This document shows, in pieces, positions 58,848 through 64,000 of a stretch of 64,000 nt of DNA (within the stretch, counting starts at the first letter, position 1; every line of letters begins with the position of its first letter). The notes beneath the pieces are model-generated. The model searched no databases. It was not told the DNA's origin and saw only the letters and a program-made list of their open reading frames with translations. Origin of the DNA: Alphaproteobacteria bacterium (lineage in GTDB: Bacteria; Pseudomonadota; Alphaproteobacteria; CACZRW01); the NCBI GenBank assembly GCA_017507765.1, contig JAFWAG010000001.1:7013-71012 (forward strand). Reading direction: 5' to 3'. The position numbers and the translations under genes were made by a program.

Positions 58848-60413
58848 TTATAAGTAAGCTTGGCTTTCGTAATTATCCAGTAAATCGTTTTCTATCAAAA
58901 GCGTATCACCGGCGATAAGATTCTTATCCAACCAAGCGAAAGCTTCGGTGCGGGTGGGAAGCTCGATAAGTTCGGCATCTTTGGGAGCGTTATCCCGAAA
59001 GGCTTTAATAAAAGCCTGCATACGCTCTGGTACTATTATCAGAGCGATGTCCGCAACTTTGGCCGCTTTCTTGCCAAGTTCGGAATGCAATTCATCATGC
59101 AATGCACCCATTTCTATCATGCCGGGAGTCATAAGAATTGTCCTGTCCTGCCGAAGATTACCAAGAAGCTCTATCGCCGAACGGAAACCGTCAACATTGG
59201 AATTATACGCATCGTCAATTATGGTGATGTTGCCCGTTTGTCTTTTGACTTCCAAACGATGCTCTATCTGCGGCAAAGAACGAATACGTGCCGCAATCGT
59301 ATTCATCGGCACGCCAAGCTTAAGCGCCATAACTACCGCTAAGGCAATGTTTGCTATGTGATGCTTGCCAAACAACGGAACTTCCAAACGGCTTTTCTGA
59401 CCTTCGGCAACAAAGGTAAAGCTTAAACCTTCGGCGGTCTGTTCCGCACTTTCGCAATAATAATCTTCCCCTTCGCCGACAATGACGGCCGACGGAGCTT
59501 TACTTAAAAACTCAGGTGCTATCTGCGCCTTATTTAAAACCAGAATGCCGCCCTTTTCTTCCACGGCTTCGGCAAGCTCGAACTTTGCCTTGGCAACATT
59601 GCCAACCGTTTTAAAACGGGCATAATGCGCACTGCCTACGGCGGTGATAATCCCGTCATCAGGGTGGACCAAATCACAAAGCCGACGAATGGAACCGGGG
59701 TAATATGCGCCCATTTCAACAATGAAAAACTTATGCTCCGGACGTAAATCCCGATTGATAATCCGGCAAACACCCATAAGCGTATTGACACTGCCGGGGG
59801 TAAATAAAACCGGAGCGCCCGCAGATAAAATGTGCGCTAAAATATGCTTGGTCGATGTCTTGCCATAAGAACCCGTAATGCCGATAATCCGTGCCGAAGA
59901 TGCGGAAAGCTTTTTCTTTGCCGATTTTATAAAGCCTTTGCGGTAATACGCTTCCAAAGGAAATAATAAAATATTTGCCAGAATCAACACCAAAGGAAGG
60001 AAGAAAATAATTCCCGCAGACGTAAATATAAAGAAAGAAGGAACTATAACCCAACTTAAGTAAAATAATCCGGCAGTTAAAATAATACTTACGCTATAGA
60101 TTCTTTTGGCTCGATTAGTTACCGCCAATTTTTTCTTTGCGCTTTGCATTACTTTGATTTCCCGCCACGCAAACCCAACGAATAAAGCTAAGGAAAGCAA
60201 AGCCGCCCACGGAAAATAAACCGCACCTATGCCAATTATAACCAACGGGAGAACCAACTTTTTATCCAAAAGGCGGGCTTTGAGACAAACCGTTTTGGCA
60301 TAGGAAGATGCTTCGTATTCGTCCTGTTGAAACAGCCACAGTAAAAAACGCAGACGAAAGCCGCAGAAAACAAACGCTGACAACAAAACCGCAAGCATCA
60401 GTTCAAAAGGCAT
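58848..60413 (-). CDS. membrane-anchored Mur ligase-family protein (MurF-like catalytic region)
   Basis: 521 aa. The N-terminal ~165 aa contain about four hydrophobic helices. These are followed by ARIIGITGSYGKTSTKHIL (the Mur ligase P-loop), IVEMGA, and the C-terminal ILMTPGMIEMGALHDELH resembling MurF. Confidence 0.75.
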   Translation of the reverse strand: MPFELMLAVLLSAFVFCGFRLRFLLWLFQQDEYEASSYAKTVCLKARLLDKKLVLPLVIIGIGAVYFPWAALLSLALFVGFAWREIKVMQSAKKKLAVTNRAKRIYSVSIILTAGLFYLSWVIVPSFFIFTSAGIIFFLPLVLILANILLFPLEAYYRKGFIKSAKKKLSASSARIIGITGSYGKTSTKHILAHILSAGAPVLFTPGSVNTLMGVCRIINRDLRPEHKFFIVEMGAYYPGSIRRLCDLVHPDDGIITAVGSAHYARFKTVGNVAKAKFELAEAVEEKGGILVLNKAQIAPEFLSKAPSAVIVGEGEDYYCESAEQTAEGLSFTFVAEGQKSRLEVPLFGKHHIANIALAVVMALKLGVPMNTIAARIRSLPQIEHRLEVKRQTGNITIIDDAYNSNVDGFRSAIELLGNLRQDRTILMTPGMIEMGALHDELHSELGKKAAKVADIALIIVPERMQAFIKAFRDNAPKDAELIELPTRTEAFAWLDKNLIAGDTLLIENDLLDNYESQAYL

Positions 60414-61165
60414 TATTTTATCTCCGCTAAAAAGTTTTCAATTTGATTTTCGACCAAAGGTGCGCCGGAAGCAAGAACCGTATAATGGTCATGCATAGGA
60501 AGTTCGCTATATTTGGCATCGGGCATAAGCTCTTGGAAACGTTTGCCTAAATAAGACGGAGTTGCCGTATCTTCGGCTCCGTAAAGCAATAAAACCGGAC
60601 AAGAAACCTGCATCGCCTTTAAAGAAAGGTCTTTATTCACGGATTTAACCAATATCTGCCGCATTATCGGCGAAGCGTTACGGTAATCCGCACTGCCAAG
60701 TTTAAGACTACGGATAACCGGAAGCGATTTTATTTGCGGAAATCTGCGGATAAGGCGGGAAAGCCTCTTCATAAAGAAAGCTTTTATCTTAAAGCCAAGA
60801 CTGCGCTTTACTTTCAGTCCGGGGGAAGCAATCAAAACCATAGCCTTGATGCTGTGCGGGTATTTTGCCGCCGCTTCAATGGCAACCCTGCCCCCGAAAG
60901 AATGCGTGATTAAAACCGTATCTTTGGGCGGAAGCGAAGAAATAAAATCTTGAAGCAAGTCCGCATAATCTTCGGTATCCAAAGGCTTGTCCGGCTCGGG
61001 AGATTCTCCGAACCCCGGCAAATCAATTAAATAGTTTTCCGCCGAGTCTTGGAAATACTCCGCCAAAGGAAGCAAAGCCTTATGACTATGCCCCCAACCG
61101 TGTAGCCAAATTAGCCGGAGCGGAAGATTGTCAGAAGCAGACTTTAGCTTTAGCGTAAACATCAC
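60413..61165 (-). CDS. alpha/beta-fold hydrolase
   Basis: 250 aa. LIWLHGWGHS, DLPGFGES, the nucleophile elbow THSFGG, and a C-terminal His (HDHY). Its stop overlaps the start of the MurF-like gene. Confidence 0.75.
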   Translation of the reverse strand: MMFTLKLKSASDNLPLRLIWLHGWGHSHKALLPLAEYFQDSAENYLIDLPGFGESPEPDKPLDTEDYADLLQDFISSLPPKDTVLITHSFGGRVAIEAAAKYPHSIKAMVLIASPGLKVKRSLGFKIKAFFMKRLSRLIRRFPQIKSLPVIRSLKLGSADYRNASPIMRQILVKSVNKDLSLKAMQVSCPVLLLYGAEDTATPSYLGKRFQELMPDAKYSELPMHDHYTVLASGAPLVENQIENFLAEIK

Positions 61166-62388
61166 TTGTCTTCAAAAATCCGATTGTCTTTTAACGTACC
61201 GTAAGCAAGCGACTTTTTGCCTGCTTCGGCAAACGCTTCTTCGATAATGGCAGTTAAAAGCTTGGTAAAGTTTACTTTAGGTTCGGCATTTTCCCATAAA
61301 TAAAACGCAAACGAACCAGGGATGGGATTTACTTCCCCAAGCCATAATTCTCCGGTCTTGGTGTTGCAAAGGAAATCTATTCTGGGGGCGCCGTTGCCGT
61401 CCATAGCCACGAACAATGTCTTTGCCCAAGAAAGTATTTTTTCCCGCTGTTCCTTGGTAAGTTCTTTCGGATTATATTCTCGGCTTAAACTAACCAAACC
61501 GCGAATATCGGCATTGCCGGACTTTGCACCCTTTACGCCCTTTCCTTTGCCGCCGGCTTTATACTTGTCCGCAAAGTCTAAGATAGCATTTTTCTTTGCC
61601 GGACGCTCGATAGCAGAACAGGAAGGCTCGCCGAAAATGCGGGTAACCGAAACGTTATACTCCTCAAGATTTTCTACAAATGGCTCAACAATAGCCTGAT
61701 TGTCCAAAGCAAAAACTTTGATAACCGCAGAATCAAGTTCTTCTTTGGTCGTTACTTTGCTGACCGCAATGCTGCTGCCAAGATGCAACGGCTTTACACA
61801 AAGCGGGAACGGAAGGTTTACGTCCTTGGTAATATCCTTTACGTCAAAGAACGCTTTGTTTTCCGGACGGTTTAAAACGACTTCCGGTAAAACCGGTATG
61901 CCAAGAGTGCGGCAGAGTTGCTTGGTCGTAACCTTGTTCATAAAAACATTCGCCGCAAGCATACGGCAGCCGGTATAGGGAATGCCCGCACTTTCCATTA
62001 AACCTTGGAAAGCCCCCGTTTCACCAAAATCACCATGAAACGCAAGAAATGCCGCATCAAAATATATCGGCTTTTTTGCGGCAAAAATGCCACCGGAAAC
62101 CGGCTGTAAATAACCGACGCCGTCGCCAAGGCAGAACTTTACTTTGGTAATGTCTTTCGGCTGTTTTACCGCCAAAGGATAGTTATCCTGATTCAAAAGA
62201 CCGTTGCCGGTCCACCAATTGCGGTTCAAATCAATATAAACCGGAAAAACTTCAAACTTGCTCTGGTCAATAACCTTTATCGCCTGTAATCCGGTCAAAA
62301 TGCTGATATCATGTTCGAAAGATTGTTCGCCAAAAAATACCGCAATTTTCTTTCTTGCCATTACCATAAAACTCCCTAATGTATACAA
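61162..62388 (-). CDS. D-alanine--D-alanine ligase-family ATP-grasp enzyme (long form with a Lys/Gly-rich insertion)
   Basis: 408 aa. KKIAVFFGEQSFEHDISILTG, HGDFGETGAFQGLMESAGIPYTG, NKVTTKQL, RIDFL...GEVNPIPG. The likely start is at Met10 (62361). It overlaps the hydrolase gene by 4 nt. Confidence 0.8.
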   Translation of the reverse strand: MYTLGSFMVMARKKIAVFFGEQSFEHDISILTGLQAIKVIDQSKFEVFPVYIDLNRNWWTGNGLLNQDNYPLAVKQPKDITKVKFCLGDGVGYLQPVSGGIFAAKKPIYFDAAFLAFHGDFGETGAFQGLMESAGIPYTGCRMLAANVFMNKVTTKQLCRTLGIPVLPEVVLNRPENKAFFDVKDITKDVNLPFPLCVKPLHLGSSIAVSKVTTKEELDSAVIKVFALDNQAIVEPFVENLEEYNVSVTRIFGEPSCSAIERPAKKNAILDFADKYKAGGKGKGVKGAKSGNADIRGLVSLSREYNPKELTKEQREKILSWAKTLFVAMDGNGAPRIDFLCNTKTGELWLGEVNPIPGSFAFYLWENAEPKVNFTKLLTAIIEEAFAEAGKKSLAYGTLKDNRIFEDK

Positions 62389-62430
62389 AACTTTGCGATT
62401 ATATATTTTGTATGGCTAAAGGGAAGAAGT

Positions 62431-63627
62431 TTGTTAACAAAAAAAAGAAATAACCTGATAATCCGGAATATCAAACTCTATCCTTGGCACTATTTATTTC
62501 GCGGCTGTATTCCGTCTACGCCTATAGCTATTTTATACTTTGCCGAGGTTACTAATTCTTATGCGGCGGCAACAAGTATTTTTGCTTTGCACTTTATCGC
62601 TATTGCCTTGTTTGAAATACCGTGCGGAGTTTTTTCTGACCAATACTTGGGAAGAAAACGGACTATTATTGCCGCTAATCTTACCAGACTGGCGGCTTTT
62701 ATTATTTTTCCTTTGGCAGCAATTACCGGAGGATACCAACTTTTACTTATCGGTGCTTTGATGATGGGGCTTTCCGATGCTTTGTTCAGCGGAACCGAAG
62801 AAAGCCTTCTATACGAAAGCGTTTCCGAAGCAAAAAAGGAAAAAATCTTTCATGAAATATTCGGACGCTGCCGCTCGATAATGCAATTGGGAATGGTTAT
62901 CGGAACGTTGTTGGGCTTTGGCTTTGCTTACATATTTTCTTTGCTGACCGCAATGTGGATAACGATATTCTTCGGAATAGCCGGACTGGTTGTTGACCTT
63001 TTTCTGATGAAGCCCAAAAGCAATGTCTTGGACCGGACGGCGATGCATCTGCAAATAAAGCAAGCTTTTGCTTTGATGAAAAGTAATCGCCTGATTAAAG
63101 ATATCGCTACCGCTCGCCTGTTAAACTATAGCGCAGGCGAAGTTTTATACCGCTTTGAAGTCGCTTTCTTTTATACTTTGGTGCCGCTGTGGGCTATCGG
63201 TATCGCCCGCATAGAACGCCAAGCCTTGGGGATTATAAGTTTCTGGTTCTCCGGCTCTTTAATCAGCAAGTTCAGCTTCCGCAAAGTTCTGCCGTGGTCG
63301 GCAGCCGGAGATATTGCTTCCCGCTTTACCGGACTGTGCTTAAACAATGTTTTGACACCTTTTTTGCTGCCGCTGAGCAATTTATTCCTTGGCACAGAAA
63401 TGACGGCTTCGGATACCTTGCTTCAAAGAGAGTTTAAAGATTCCCTGCGGGCAACGGTATTATCGCTGATTTCTTTAGGGGTGAATATCATAAGCGCTCT
63501 CTTATATCTGTTTGTCGGCTTCCTTGCCGATTTAACCAACCCTTTAACCGCAATGTTTTTTGCGCTAGGATTCAAAGCTCTGGCAGTTCCTTTGTATTTC
63601 CGGATTGCTTCGTGGTTAAGGGTGTAG
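62431..63627 (+). CDS. MFS-type transporter
   Basis: 398 aa, about 10-12 hydrophobic helices, GVFSDQYLGRKRTII (MFS loop 2-3 motif), TTG start with an AAGGGAAG SD. Confidence 0.7.
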   Translation: MLTKKRNNLIIRNIKLYPWHYLFRGCIPSTPIAILYFAEVTNSYAAATSIFALHFIAIALFEIPCGVFSDQYLGRKRTIIAANLTRLAAFIIFPLAAITGGYQLLLIGALMMGLSDALFSGTEESLLYESVSEAKKEKIFHEIFGRCRSIMQLGMVIGTLLGFGFAYIFSLLTAMWITIFFGIAGLVVDLFLMKPKSNVLDRTAMHLQIKQAFALMKSNRLIKDIATARLLNYSAGEVLYRFEVAFFYTLVPLWAIGIARIERQALGIISFWFSGSLISKFSFRKVLPWSAAGDIASRFTGLCLNNVLTPFLLPLSNLFLGTEMTASDTLLQREFKDSLRATVLSLISLGVNIISALLYLFVGFLADLTNPLTAMFFALGFKALAVPLYFRIASWLRV

Positions 63628-63630
63628 CCT

Positions 63631-64000
63631 ATGTTTTATCGGATAAGAAACTTTTTGGACACGGTTATAAACTTGCTTAAATGGCCGGTGGCAATCGCTA
63701 TGGCGGCAGGGATTTTCCCGCTTATCCAAGCCTTGATGTTCTATTTTGAACGAGCAGTCGCAAACTGGAATGATATTGCGATGTTCGGGATAGGATTTGC
63801 TTTGATGGTAGCGTGCTGGATATTTCTGATACGAAGCAGAAACTCTGTTGCAGCGACGTTGGAACACGAAATAACCCATGCTCTGTTTGCTATGCTGACC
63901 TTTCACAAAGTGGTAAATATAGAGGCTTCCTTGGGAAGCGGCGGCGGAAGCATGGCTTTTAAAGGCAAAGGAAACTGGCTGATTACAATTGCACCGTACT
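63631..64000 (+). CDS. integral-membrane HExxH protein, M50B-like metalloprotease candidate (3' end beyond window)
   Basis: Not in the ORF track because it runs off the edge. My translation is MFYRIRNFLDTVINLLKWPVAIAMAAGIFPLIQ...ATLEHEITHALFAMLTFHKVVNIEASLGSGGGSMAFKGKGNWLITIAPY. The HEITH motif lies in a hydrophobic context, and the gene starts 4 nt after the MFS stop. Confidence 0.45.
   Translation, partial: MFYRIRNFLDTVINLLKWPVAIAMAAGIFPLIQALMFYFERAVANWNDIAMFGIGFALMVACWIFLIRSRNSVAATLEHEITHALFAMLTFHKVVNIEASLGSGGGSMAFKGKGNWLITIAPY

Overview
This 64-kb window looks like a chromosomal segment from an alphaproteobacterium. The evidence is a CcrM-type methyltransferase, the Caulobacter-type flagellar regulators FliX, FlbD and FlaF, an ihfB-lapA pair and a short ParC. 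All calls rest on my own reading of the sequence and ORF translations; I ran no searches. Layout: (i) 1-28.9 kb holds tightly packed housekeeping genes: accD (partial), ihfB, parC, pyrG, polA, pheST, ccrM, ppx-family, rlmE, rsmB-like, rubrerythrin, smpB, dapA, slt, purB, rhlE-like, RNase E/G-like, maf and dksA. (ii) 28.9-54.5 kb is a large flagellar locus in three blocks. The first is fliX divergent from flgI, a rod-binding protein, a FlgN-like gene, flgK and flgL. The second is flaF followed by a sigma-54 promoter driving fliK-flgD-flgE. The third is fliF-fliG-fliH-like-fliN-motA-flbD-flhA-flhF-flhG plus a second FliK-like gene. (iii) 54.5-64 kb carries aroE, a tRNA-Asn/tRNA-Cys pair, a pcm-like methyltransferase, an unusual surface-protein gene, and a Ddl-like / hydrolase / membrane-anchored MurF-like operon divergent from an MFS transporter and an M50B-like protease. 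I found no transposase, integrase, CRISPR array, rRNA or recognisable defence genes. The strongest leads are as follows. (a) Gene 56591-58829: a strong SD/ATG and a prepilin-like leader are separated from a 715-codon ORF by a run of eight C. That ORF encodes three cysteine repeats and a very long polyglycine domain. (b) The membrane-anchored MurF-like / alpha-beta hydrolase / Ddl-like operon. (c) Three GACTC (CcrM) sites plus a perfect 11-bp-arm palindrome upstream of fliF. (d) Triplicated insert modules that enlarge FlgE and FlgL. (e) A FlhG with a degenerate deviant Walker A, followed by a second FliK-like protein.
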